Source of the DNA: a virus | Lineage: Duplodnaviria > Caudoviricetes | Strand: one strand, 5' to 3' | Length of the DNA: 27,007 nucleotides | Virus record (IMG/VR): IMGVR_UViG_3300044971_003805 | Location: 1 to 27,007 of that record | Shown: piece after piece, positions 1 to 7,835 of the stretch | Layout: every line of letters starts with the position of its first letter | How positions within the stretch are numbered: the stretch's first letter is position 1 | Translations under genes and position numbers: made by a program | The notes under the pieces: model-generated | The model's input: only the letters and a program-made list of their open reading frames with translations | Database searches by the model: none | What the model was told of the DNA's origin: nothing

Positions 1-186
1 GGCGTCGGGCATCGCGACGTCGCGCAGCATCTTCGCGACGACGTCGACGTTCGCGCGCTTCGCGGCGACCTCGACGACGAACGGAGCGACGGCGAGCGGA
101 GTCATGGCAACGCCCGCGTCGAGGCGGGCGTCGTTCTTCTTCTCGACGAAGGCGGACTTCCACGCCTTCAGGTTCAGCAGCTTCAT
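1..186 (-). CDS. Start of a gene running off the window (MKLLNLKAWKSAFVEKK...); by position probably prohead protease/scaffold
   Basis: AAGGAG RBS upstream of ATG at 186, open to base 1; follows the portal-MuF gene. Not in the ORF track; product inferred from synteny only. Confidence 0.7.
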   Translation of the reverse strand, partial: MKLLNLKAWKSAFVEKKNDARLDAGVAMTPLAVAPFVVEVAAKRANVDVVAKMLRDVAMPDA

Positions 187-214
187 CGTTTCTCCTTGCG
201 TCGTCGTCGACGCG

Positions 215-2635
215 TCAGACCTTGGCGAGCGCGTCGAGGACCGCGCGCTCCTGTTCACGGAACCCGGACGAGAGCGCCTTCGAGTAGCGCGCGTCCCACG
301 TCTGCGCCTTGCGATCGAGTGCGCGCCAGACGCGCTCGCGCTCGTCGGCGGACATCGTCGAGATGACGACCTCGCCGTTCTTTGCGATCGACTCGCGCAG
401 CGACGCAGGCACGACGTTGTCTTCGCTCTCGACGATGACTGGAGCGATCGCGCAGCGGCAGTTGATGTCGAGCGCGCCGATGCCGAAGCCGCCGGGGTAC
501 ATGGCGCGCGCGCCGGTGTACCGGCCGACCGTGACCTCGAAGGGCTTCGTGAGGTCGCGCCGCTGCTCGTCCATCGCACGGTGCTCGTCGCGCGCGCGTC
601 CGTCCATCGTCGACAGCCACTCGTTCTGCATCACGATCCCGCTCTGCGTGAGCGCCTCCTTCGTCGCGAACTGCGACGAGCGCCGCACCTCGGTCTCCGC
701 GATGACGTCGCTGCGCTCGATCTCCGCGCGCGTGAAGACGGAGCGCACCGCCTCGGCGGGGTCGGCGTCGGTCTCTGCCGCCGCTTCGAGCGCGGTCTTC
801 AGTTCGGCCTTCGTCGTCGTGTTGATCAACCGGCCGAGTCGATCGGTGACGTACTCGCGGAGGTGAGCCTTCACGTTCGGGTCGTTCACGTCGAAGGGCT
901 TGCGGTCGAACCCGGTCGTCGCGCTCTCGACTGACTTCAGCGTGTCGTTGCCCCACGCCTCGACAAGCGAGCGCACGAGAGGTTCGATGCGAGAGCCGAG
1001 CGCCTTGACGTCGACGCTGTCGACGAGCGCATCGATCTGAGCCTTCGAGAGCGAGCGACGAACAAGCGCGCGGCGCGCCTCGCGAGCGCGAACGATCGCC
1101 GCCGTGTTCGACGCCTGCACCTCTGGCGAGAGCGTCGACGGTTCGGTCGGCGCGGCGAGCATCATGTTCGGGTCGAGGTACATGCCGACTGCGCGGTCGC
1201 CGCCCCACGAGTCGGAGGCCGGAGGCAGGCCGAGGCTCGTGCGGACCTCGTCGTTCGTGAGCACGCCGGCGGAGAGATGGTAGCCGTAGATCGGGATCGT
1301 CGCCGGCTTCGACAGGTCGGTCGAGTACAGCTTCCCGCTCGTCACCATGAACGCGTTTCCCTTGCCATCGGGCAGAGGGTCCATCTCGGCGAGCGCGCGA
1401 ATCTCGTCGATCGTGAACATCTCCGAGAACGCCTGCATGACGTTCTTCTTGAACTCGCGATCGCCGGGGACGGGGCTCTCGTAGTCAAGGACGAGGCGCG
1501 CGTCGAAGCGATCGACCAGTTTGTTCTGAAGTTCGCTGCGCCAGAGCTCCGCGCGAGGCACGAGGACGTCGTTCGCGAAGATGAACTGCGCCGACTCCGA
1601 CGTCGAGCGATTCGAGTTCTCGATGATGCCGAGCTTCTCCGGCGGGACGCCGAAGACCTGCACGATCGTGTTCCGCTCGAACGAGCGAATCTCGATCAGC
1701 GCCATGTCCTTGAACGCGGTGTCGAGGCGCTTCACGTCAAGCTTCGCGCCGGTCCAGTGCGTGCGGTACGCCTTCGCGAATCCGCGCGTGGCGTTGTCCC
1801 ATCGACGCTTCGCTTCTTCGAGTAGCGGACGCGACGCGCCTTCGAGAGAGATGAGCATGTCGGGCATGCCCTTGTTGTGGAACCACGTCGCGACGTGCTT
1901 CGCGGCGAACTCGTCGATGTCGAGTTCGTCGGCGAGAGCGAGGCCGGTACCGACGCCGCGACCGTAGGGATCGGCGGGGTTCTGGTCTCGGATGACGAGC
2001 ATGTTCTCGACGGGCACGTCGAACGAGACGCCGTCGACCTCGACGCGGAACGCTGGCTGCGTCTCGGTGGGAATCTGTTTGATCCACGTCGGCGGAATCG
2101 GCCACATCCGCACCGGCATCCCGGCGGGGTTCGTGTCGAGGACGATGTACGTCTCGCCGAGCAGGTCGAGGTGGACCTGACAGACCTGACGGAAAGCGCG
2201 GCCGGACATCAGCGGGTTCGGCTTGTCGAGCAGGACCTGCAACGGGTGCTCGTCGAGCAGCACAAGGTCGCCAGACGCGCGCGCCTTGCGGATCATCGCC
2301 GGGCGCAGCGACGGCGGCGAGGAGCGCAGCACCTTGTCGTCGACGAACTTCGTCGTGCCGTCGGCCGCTCGTGCCTGCCGCGCGTAGACCTTCCACTCGA
2401 TCGACGCGAACGACGACGCGATCTTGTGCGTCGTCGCGCGGAGCCACGGCGAGTTCTTGAATAGGTCGAGGAGTTCGTACGACCCGCGCGGCGGCGGCGC
2501 GCTCTGCTTGTACACGCCGCCCGAGACGTGACCGGGCATCAGCGTGTCGTCGATTCCCATCGTGACGATGCCGTCAGGAGTCGACGAGGCAGATGCGGCG
2601 GAGCGGCGACCGAAGAAGGCGTCGAGGATTCCCAT
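215..2635 (-). CDS. HK97-family portal protein fused to a C-terminal Mu gpF/SPP1 gp7-like head morphogenesis domain
   Basis: Portal motifs HPLQVLLDKPNPLMSG, LDLLGETY, DPYGRG, VFGVPPEKLG, TIDEIR; C-terminal IAETE, EWLSTMDGRARDEHRAMD, MYPG, INCRC typical of MuF. Confidence 0.9.
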   Translation of the reverse strand: MGILDAFFGRRSAASASSTPDGIVTMGIDDTLMPGHVSGGVYKQSAPPPRGSYELLDLFKNSPWLRATTHKIASSFASIEWKVYARQARAADGTTKFVDDKVLRSSPPSLRPAMIRKARASGDLVLLDEHPLQVLLDKPNPLMSGRAFRQVCQVHLDLLGETYIVLDTNPAGMPVRMWPIPPTWIKQIPTETQPAFRVEVDGVSFDVPVENMLVIRDQNPADPYGRGVGTGLALADELDIDEFAAKHVATWFHNKGMPDMLISLEGASRPLLEEAKRRWDNATRGFAKAYRTHWTGAKLDVKRLDTAFKDMALIEIRSFERNTIVQVFGVPPEKLGIIENSNRSTSESAQFIFANDVLVPRAELWRSELQNKLVDRFDARLVLDYESPVPGDREFKKNVMQAFSEMFTIDEIRALAEMDPLPDGKGNAFMVTSGKLYSTDLSKPATIPIYGYHLSAGVLTNDEVRTSLGLPPASDSWGGDRAVGMYLDPNMMLAAPTEPSTLSPEVQASNTAAIVRAREARRALVRRSLSKAQIDALVDSVDVKALGSRIEPLVRSLVEAWGNDTLKSVESATTGFDRKPFDVNDPNVKAHLREYVTDRLGRLINTTTKAELKTALEAAAETDADPAEAVRSVFTRAEIERSDVIAETEVRRSSQFATKEALTQSGIVMQNEWLSTMDGRARDEHRAMDEQRRDLTKPFEVTVGRYTGARAMYPGGFGIGALDINCRCAIAPVIVESEDNVVPASLRESIAKNGEVVISTMSADERERVWRALDRKAQTWDARYSKALSSGFREQERAVLDALAKV

Positions 2636-2641
2636 GCGGCG

Positions 2642-2670
2642 AGGCTACGCCGCAGGCAATCAACCGGGAA
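2642..2670 (-). promoter_or_regulatory. Putative leaderless promoter of the portal gene
   Basis: TTCCCG-17 nt-TAGCCT-6 nt-ATG(2635), no Shine-Dalgarno. Confidence 0.6.
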
Positions 2671-2998
2671 GCCCGCCGTCGAGCACGCGGACGTGGAACG
2701 CGCCGGCGGTCGGCACCGTCTGCGTCTTCGACGACGGCCACGCGATGACGAACTCGGCGAGGTAGTCGCCGGCCTCGTTCGTGTCGATCGCCGTCCAGTC
2801 GTAGCGCACGACGCCCGACGCTGGAGTCACGACCGTCGCGGTCGTGTTGACTTTGTAGGTGCCGCCGGAGGTGCGCTGCTTCCACATCCGAAACGTGACT
2901 CCGAGGGCGGTCGTGAGGTCGACCGCAGTCCCATCGCTCTCGTTCTTGATCGTTGCCTGAAGCGACGGCAGACGGTCTCCTTGCTTGATCACGAACAC
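2660..2998 (-). CDS. Small virion protein, BppU N-terminal-like Ig/beta-sandwich domain
   Basis: IKQGDRLPSLQATI...VDLT...GVVRYDW...DT..AGDYLAEF...TVP pattern; GTG start with GGAGG RBS. Confidence 0.7.
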   Translation of the reverse strand: MFVIKQGDRLPSLQATIKNESDGTAVDLTTALGVTFRMWKQRTSGGTYKVNTTATVVTPASGVVRYDWTAIDTNEAGDYLAEFVIAWPSSKTQTVPTAGAFHVRVLDGGLPG

Positions 2999-3007
2999 GC
3001 GGGCCTC

Positions 3008-3949
3008 CTACTGAACGACGACGACGAGAGACGATGACGCGACGTTAACGTCGACGCCAGAGGCGAGCACGTCGACTGCGAGCGACGAGGCCGCGAGATC
3101 GACAACGGCGGACGACGCGGTGGGGTCGACGACGAGGCCGACGCGCGCGACGTCGAGCGCGAGCGCGTCGGGGTCGACCGCGTCGCCGACGTGCACGACG
3201 GACGCGGCGACGACGCCGCCCGCGATAACGCCGCCCGCCGCCGGCTGCCAGAAGTAGCCGTCGACCGGTGCCTGCTCCGCGAAGCCGACGCCAACGACGG
3301 CGACAGTTGCGAGCGACACCGCGCCCGCGCCAACGACAACGGGCGAGGCCGTCGACGTCGACGTGACCGACGCGAGAGCGAGCGCGCCGGTCGACGCGAC
3401 GACGGGCGAGGCCGCGCCTGCGACGGACGCCGACGCCAGCGACGGCGAACCTGACGCGGTGAGGACGGGCGACCCGGTGCCCGACACCGCCGCCGATCCG
3501 AGGACGATCGACGCGGTCGCCGAGACGCCACCGACGATCGCCGTTCCGGACACCGCGACCGACGCCAGCGTGACGGCACCGCTCGCGGCGACGACGGGCG
3601 AGGCCGACGACGACGTCGACACGGACGCGAGCGCGATCGCTCCCGACGCGAGGTGCGTCTGTCGTCCCGCGCCCGACACCGTCGCGGAGGCGAGCGCGAC
3701 AGCGCCCGAGGCGACGTGCGTCTGTCGGCCAGCGCCGGAGACCGCCACGGCGCTCAGAGAGATGGCGCCCGTGGCGACGTGCGTTTGCTGTCCACTGCCG
3801 GCGACCGCCACCGTGTCGAGGGTGATGGCCGCCGTCGCGACGTGGGTCTGTTTCGCGTCGCCCGCCGCGGTGACGGACCCGAGCGCAATGGCGCCCGAGG
3901 CGAGGACGCCCGACACTGCCCCCTGAGGGGATAGCAGTGTCAGGAGCAT
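3008..3949 (-). CDS. Ala/Val/Ser-rich repeat virion protein (fibre-like)
   Basis: 313 aa with ~21-aa tandem repeats; lies in a structural cluster. Confidence 0.75.
   Translation of the reverse strand: MLLTLLSPQGAVSGVLASGAIALGSVTAAGDAKQTHVATAAITLDTVAVAGSGQQTHVATGAISLSAVAVSGAGRQTHVASGAVALASATVSGAGRQTHLASGAIALASVSTSSSASPVVAASGAVTLASVAVSGTAIVGGVSATASIVLGSAAVSGTGSPVLTASGSPSLASASVAGAASPVVASTGALALASVTSTSTASPVVVGAGAVSLATVAVVGVGFAEQAPVDGYFWQPAAGGVIAGGVVAASVVHVGDAVDPDALALDVARVGLVVDPTASSAVVDLAASSLAVDVLASGVDVNVASSSLVVVVQ
3280..3905 (-). repeat. About 10 degenerate 63-bp (21-aa) coding tandem repeats
   Basis: SGAIALGSVTAAGDAKQTHVA / TAAITLDTVAVAGSGQQTHVA / TGAISLSAVAVSGAGRQTHVA / SGAVALASATVSGAGRQTHLA / SGAIALASVSTSSSASPVVAA... 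Confidence 0.8.
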
Positions 3950-3952
3950 GGT

Positions 3953-4111
3953 TCAGTCCCCCGCCGCTTGCAGGGCCGCCTGCGCCGCCTCGATCTGCGC
4001 GTTGAGCGCGGCAATGCGTTCGATGTCGCCGAGCCTCTCCGCGGCGGTGCGGAGCGACTGCAACGTCGCGATGCGCATCAACAGGATGTCTCTTTCGACG
4101 TCGATAGGCAT
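3953..4111 (-). CDS. 52-aa coiled-coil hypothetical protein (MPIDVERDILLMRIATLQSLRTAAERLGDIERIAALNAQIEAAQAALQAAGD)
   Basis: TGATG coupling to the upstream stop; fills the gap exactly; below the ORF-track cutoff. Confidence 0.8.
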   Translation of the reverse strand: MPIDVERDILLMRIATLQSLRTAAERLGDIERIAALNAQIEAAQAALQAAGD

Positions 4112-5547
4112 CAAATCACCATCTGTCGCAATGCGATCGTCGAGGTGTTCAGCAAAAGATAGATATAATCGATCTCCGTCGCGCCGTCCCTGTAGGTCAC
4201 GTTAAAGCACGTGTCCCCGAGGATCGCGGCGCCCTGCGGATAGAGCATCGTCCCCCACGGCTGCATTGCGTTTTCGGCGAGGTCGAAAGCAAACCAGCGG
4301 CCAGTAGCTTCCTTCGTGAGATAGATGCGGTCTTTGCTATAGGCGTACTTCGTGCCCGTGGTGAACGTATCGACGGCAGGAGCATAGGTCTGCGAAATCC
4401 ACGTGTTCGCCGCGATGTCGTAGACGTCGAGGTTGACCGCAGCGCCGCCGCGGAAGCTGTAGATGTAGCGCCCGTTCTTGATGGCGTTCTCGTTGTTCCA
4501 GTCCGAAGCGGACACACTGTGCACCCACGAGCCACCGCCACCGATGGCAAGCGCGCCGCCGCGCGCCGCCGTGGGGGACAACGTCGTCCACGTGTTGCCG
4601 CTCAGGCTGAAGCGGTACATCGTGACGGCGTTGTTCCCCATCAGGTAAACGAAGTCGTCGTTGCCTTCGAGCGAGTATTGCGACGTCGCATCCGGCGTCG
4701 TCGTCCACGCGGCGCTGACGGTCAGGACCGTTGCGGTGTTGCTCGCGACGGTGCGGATCTGCCCCGCTCCGGTGCCGGCGGTGATGCGCAGTTGCGAGTT
4801 CGCCCACTGGTTCGTGGTCCAGCTCTTGCCGGTGTTCGTCAGCGTCGTCGATGCGCCAGCGGTCGCTGTGCCCGTTGCGAAGCTCTTGAACCCCGAGTCG
4901 ATCCATGCCGGGGTTGAAACCATCCGGCCCTCGGTACCCCACGACGCGGGCAGTCCGGTTGTGCCGAGTATGACCCACGTATTCGTCGCGAAGTCGTACC
5001 GCTTGAACGATCCCGAGGCGAATGCGCCGGCGCCGATGACGTAGAAAACAGGGGTTATCAGTCGGTACTGAGACGTGTTGTCGAACGCCACCGCCTCGGC
5101 GCCGGTGAACGTGATCACTGCGTTCGTGCCGATGGTGTTCGATGCGATGGTCTTGAGCTTCCCAGCGTTCGTGCCGCCGACGAAATACACACTGTAGCCG
5201 CGCAGGTCACGGGCGAGAGTCTGGTTCGTCGTGATTGACGTCGTGGTTCCAGCGGTCGCCGTGAGCGAGGACGCGGCGGTGGTCGCACCCGTCGAGAACG
5301 AGCCACCCACGCCACAAGCGCCAGCGCCGAAGGTCCCCGAGAGGTTCTGGTTGGGCAGCAGCACCCAGCCGTCCTCGGATGGGTTGTAGATGTGTGACAC
5401 CGTGTTGCCCGACACGAGGACTTGCTGCTGGCGGAAGTGCCTCGACGAGACGACGAAGTGCGCCGCAGCCGTCGCCTGAGGCGTCGGAGCGATCATCTCC
5501 CACCGCTTGAGGTCGAGAATCTTTCGGTTGCCGTTCGTCGTTGGCAT
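4111..5547 (-). CDS. Kelch-like beta-propeller protein with Thr/Gly-rich inserts; probable receptor-binding or virion accessory protein
   Basis: Blade-end motifs IYNPSEDGW, RYDFATNTW, RFSLSGNTW, VYDIAANTW, AFDLAENAM; two related inserts (GTNAGKLKTIASNT / GTGAGQIRTVASNT). Confidence 0.7.
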   Translation of the reverse strand: MPTTNGNRKILDLKRWEMIAPTPQATAAAHFVVSSRHFRQQQVLVSGNTVSHIYNPSEDGWVLLPNQNLSGTFGAGACGVGGSFSTGATTAASSLTATAGTTTSITTNQTLARDLRGYSVYFVGGTNAGKLKTIASNTIGTNAVITFTGAEAVAFDNTSQYRLITPVFYVIGAGAFASGSFKRYDFATNTWVILGTTGLPASWGTEGRMVSTPAWIDSGFKSFATGTATAGASTTLTNTGKSWTTNQWANSQLRITAGTGAGQIRTVASNTATVLTVSAAWTTTPDATSQYSLEGNDDFVYLMGNNAVTMYRFSLSGNTWTTLSPTAARGGALAIGGGGSWVHSVSASDWNNENAIKNGRYIYSFRGGAAVNLDVYDIAANTWISQTYAPAVDTFTTGTKYAYSKDRIYLTKEATGRWFAFDLAENAMQPWGTMLYPQGAAILGDTCFNVTYRDGATEIDYIYLLLNTSTIALRQMVI

Positions 5548-5981
5548 CAGGTCACCGTGATGTTTCGTCGGAGGTTGTCTGCGGTCATGCGCAGGAGCGC
5601 GGGAATCTGGTCATTGGCCGCGATGCCGCCCATCTGTGACTGGTTCGTCACCGTCGAAACGGTCGTCACGGTTGTAATCGTGGCGAGCGTCAATGACGCG
5701 GTGATGGCATCAAGGAGCACACGTTGACGGCCGCCGGCATCTGGGTAGGTCTGGCCGATCGTGCGCGTCAACGACTGCACGGCCATGCGCGTTGCTTCAA
5801 GCACCTCGATGAGTTCGCCACCCAGCGCGGCGATCGGCAGCGGGTTCGCCGCCGAGACGTCGCCGTCGACGACGCCATCGGCGCCGGTGGCGAGCTTGAC
5901 TCGCTGGTAGAGCGCGCCGCCGACGTCGTCGGCAGCGATCGTGGCGCCCGTGCCCGGTGTGTAGCCTACGTTGTCAGGCAC
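5547..5981 (-). CDS. Hypothetical virion-associated protein
   Basis: GTG start with GGAGG RBS; TGATG-coupled to the next gene; N-terminus DNVGYTPGTGATIAADD...YQRVKL resembles phage fibre-associated proteins. Confidence 0.75.
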   Translation of the reverse strand: MPDNVGYTPGTGATIAADDVGGALYQRVKLATGADGVVDGDVSAANPLPIAALGGELIEVLEATRMAVQSLTRTIGQTYPDAGGRQRVLLDAITASLTLATITTVTTVSTVTNQSQMGGIAANDQIPALLRMTADNLRRNITVT

Positions 5982-5996
5982 GGTACCTCCTCAGCG

Positions 5997-6401
5997 TCAG
6001 ACGTTGCTGTCGGTGATGGTGAGCGACGTGACCTGCACGGGCTGCCCCGACACGATCGAGAGCGTCGTGAGGTTCAAGTCGCTGCCGCTCGTTCCGCAGT
6101 CGCCGTCGGCGACGAACGCGCCGGTGCTGTCGGTCAAGTAGAAGAACGCCGCCGTGCCGGTGTTGTTCGCGCTCGTGTCGCTGAACGGCGTCGTGAACGT
6201 GAGCACGCCCGACGACGACGAGCCGCAGGGATCGGCGCAGGTCAGTTCGGCGAGCAGCGTGCCGGCCGGAGTGCCGCCCTTCGTGCCGGGCTTCGAGCCG
6301 CTGTAGATGCGGAGCAGGCCCGCGCCCGCGCCAGCGTCGATGGCCGCCCGGATTGCGTCGATGCGAGTGTTGCGGACGGTGTCTGCAATGCGGACGGCCA
6401 T
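5997..6401 (-). CDS. Small phage structural (tail/fibre-associated) protein
   Basis: AAGGAG RBS; LRIYSGSKP...LLAEL...GTAAFF...DGDCGTSGSDLNL pattern of a widespread ~130-aa virion family. Confidence 0.8.
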   Translation of the reverse strand: MAVRIADTVRNTRIDAIRAAIDAGAGAGLLRIYSGSKPGTKGGTPAGTLLAELTCADPCGSSSSGVLTFTTPFSDTSANNTGTAAFFYLTDSTGAFVADGDCGTSGSDLNLTTLSIVSGQPVQVTSLTITDSNV

Positions 6402-6424
6402 CTTGATTCTCCTTGGTGCGGTTC

Positions 6425-6453
6425 ACTCTACGTTGCGCCGATCGGTCTGTCAG
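6425..6453 (-). promoter_or_regulatory. Putative sigma70-type promoter for 6401 and downstream genes
   Basis: CTGACA-17 nt-TAGAGT, followed by the AAGGAG RBS. Confidence 0.5.
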
Positions 6454-7778
6454 CCGTACGGCTCCCATCGGCGCGGGCGGAAGTCGACGTAGGTGGAGCC
6501 GAGGTCGGTCGAGCGGAAACGCGCGCGCGGCGTGTTCGCGTACGCGCTCGACGCCTGCACGATGACCGACCCGAGGGCGACGAGTTCGGGGAAGGGCAGG
6601 CCGGTGAGCGTGTTGATCTCCGTCGTCGCGCCGTCTCGCGCGGTGCCTTGCGTGTCGTACTGCGCGATCCCCTGCACCGCGAGGATCGGCGCGTTCACGT
6701 CGTTGCAGGCGAAGAGGTGGACGAGAAAGAACTTGTTCTCGGCGACCTCGACGAGCGACCAGTTCCCGCCGGTGCCGTCGTTGTACGCCGGGCGACCGCT
6801 CGCGCCGACGAACCCGGCGGTGCCGCTGTAGATGAACGGGAACGCGTCGGCGGTCTTGCGTCGCCACGACGTCGCGCCCGATCGGTAGAAGACCGGGACC
6901 TGCGCGATCGGCGCGAGGTCTTGCGGCGTCCCGTCGACGATGTCGACGCGGATGTCTTCGTCGCGGATCGCGCCGGCGTCGACCGCAAGCTGCGCGTGCG
7001 CGGCGAGCGAGCCGCTGCCGTCGACGGTGAGGCCGGAGAGCGCGAGGCCGAACTCGTACGCCGCGCCGCGCGTGGTGTGCAGGTAGGCGTGCGTCGACGC
7101 ATCCATGACGAGGCCGTGCCGCTCGTCGGCGAAGAAGATCGCGACGTCGTTCGTCGCGTCGAAGTACAGCGCGGCGACGAGAGCGTGCGTCGTGATGAGC
7201 GAGATCGAGAACGTCTGCGTCGCGGTGAGCGTCGCCGTCGTCGCGTCGACGTAGACGTACCAGAGACCGTCGGTGTCGGTGAGCGTGACGGTGAGCGACG
7301 ACGTGAAGGTGCGCTTCATGCCGGCGAGCCAGACGTCGAACGACGACGACACCGGCGCGAGCGTGAAGACGCGCGTCGATCCGTTGAACGCGAGCGTGGT
7401 CGAGGTGCGGTTCGGGAAGCCGGTCGGCTCCGACGTCACGACGATCGCGTCACTCGGAGGCTGAAGCATCGAGGCCGGCGCGTCGCAGAGGACGTCGCGC
7501 GTGCCGGCGACGAACGGCACCGGCGAGGTTGACCCGCTCGCGTTCGGCCCGAACGCCGTCTCGATCGCGACGACGACGAGACGCGGCGGCGAGTTCCTGA
7601 ACGTGTACGTTCCGACCTCGCTATCGCCGGTGAGTCGGTCGACGATCGTCGCGTTGACGATGTCGCCGTCGACGAAGGCAGAGGCGAACGAGCGGCAGTT
7701 GCGGATCGCGCCGCCGTCGAGGGCGCGGTCTCCGGTGCCCGTCGTGCTCGACGTCTGGCCGACAAGGTTCTTGAGCAT
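6450..7778 (-). CDS. Tail-fibre-like virion protein (442 aa; start revised to MLKNLVGQTSSTTGTG)
   Basis: N-terminal TSSTTGTG...G....RSF...F.DGD...EVGTYT motif seen in phage fibre N-termini; the track's extension to 8072 is Arg/Pro-rich and overlaps a structured non-coding region. Confidence 0.75.
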   Translation of the reverse strand: MLKNLVGQTSSTTGTGDRALDGGAIRNCRSFASAFVDGDIVNATIVDRLTGDSEVGTYTFRNSPPRLVVVAIETAFGPNASGSTSPVPFVAGTRDVLCDAPASMLQPPSDAIVVTSEPTGFPNRTSTTLAFNGSTRVFTLAPVSSSFDVWLAGMKRTFTSSLTVTLTDTDGLWYVYVDATTATLTATQTFSISLITTHALVAALYFDATNDVAIFFADERHGLVMDASTHAYLHTTRGAAYEFGLALSGLTVDGSGSLAAHAQLAVDAGAIRDEDIRVDIVDGTPQDLAPIAQVPVFYRSGATSWRRKTADAFPFIYSGTAGFVGASGRPAYNDGTGGNWSLVEVAENKFFLVHLFACNDVNAPILAVQGIAQYDTQGTARDGATTEINTLTGLPFPELVALGSVIVQASSAYANTPRARFRSTDLGSTYVDFRPRRWEPYG

Positions 7779-7784
7779 GGCGGC

Positions 7785-7813
7785 AGGGTAGCGGCGCGGA
7801 CGTGGCGCGTGAA
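7785..7813 (-). promoter_or_regulatory. Putative leaderless promoter of the 7778 gene
   Basis: TTCACG-17 nt-TACCCT-6 nt-ATG(7778), no SD; same geometry as the portal promoter. Confidence 0.6.
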
Positions 7814-7815
7814 GA

Positions 7816-7831
7816 CGCGCGCCGCTACGGT
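7816..7831 (+). promoter_or_regulatory. Putative rightward promoter motif (-10 TACGGT) driving the candidate ncRNA
   Basis: CGCGCGCCGCTACGGT, identical 16-mer at 21404-21419 upstream of ssb; TACGGT is also the -10 of the 12943 promoter. Confidence 0.55.
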
Positions 7832-7835
7832 GCGA

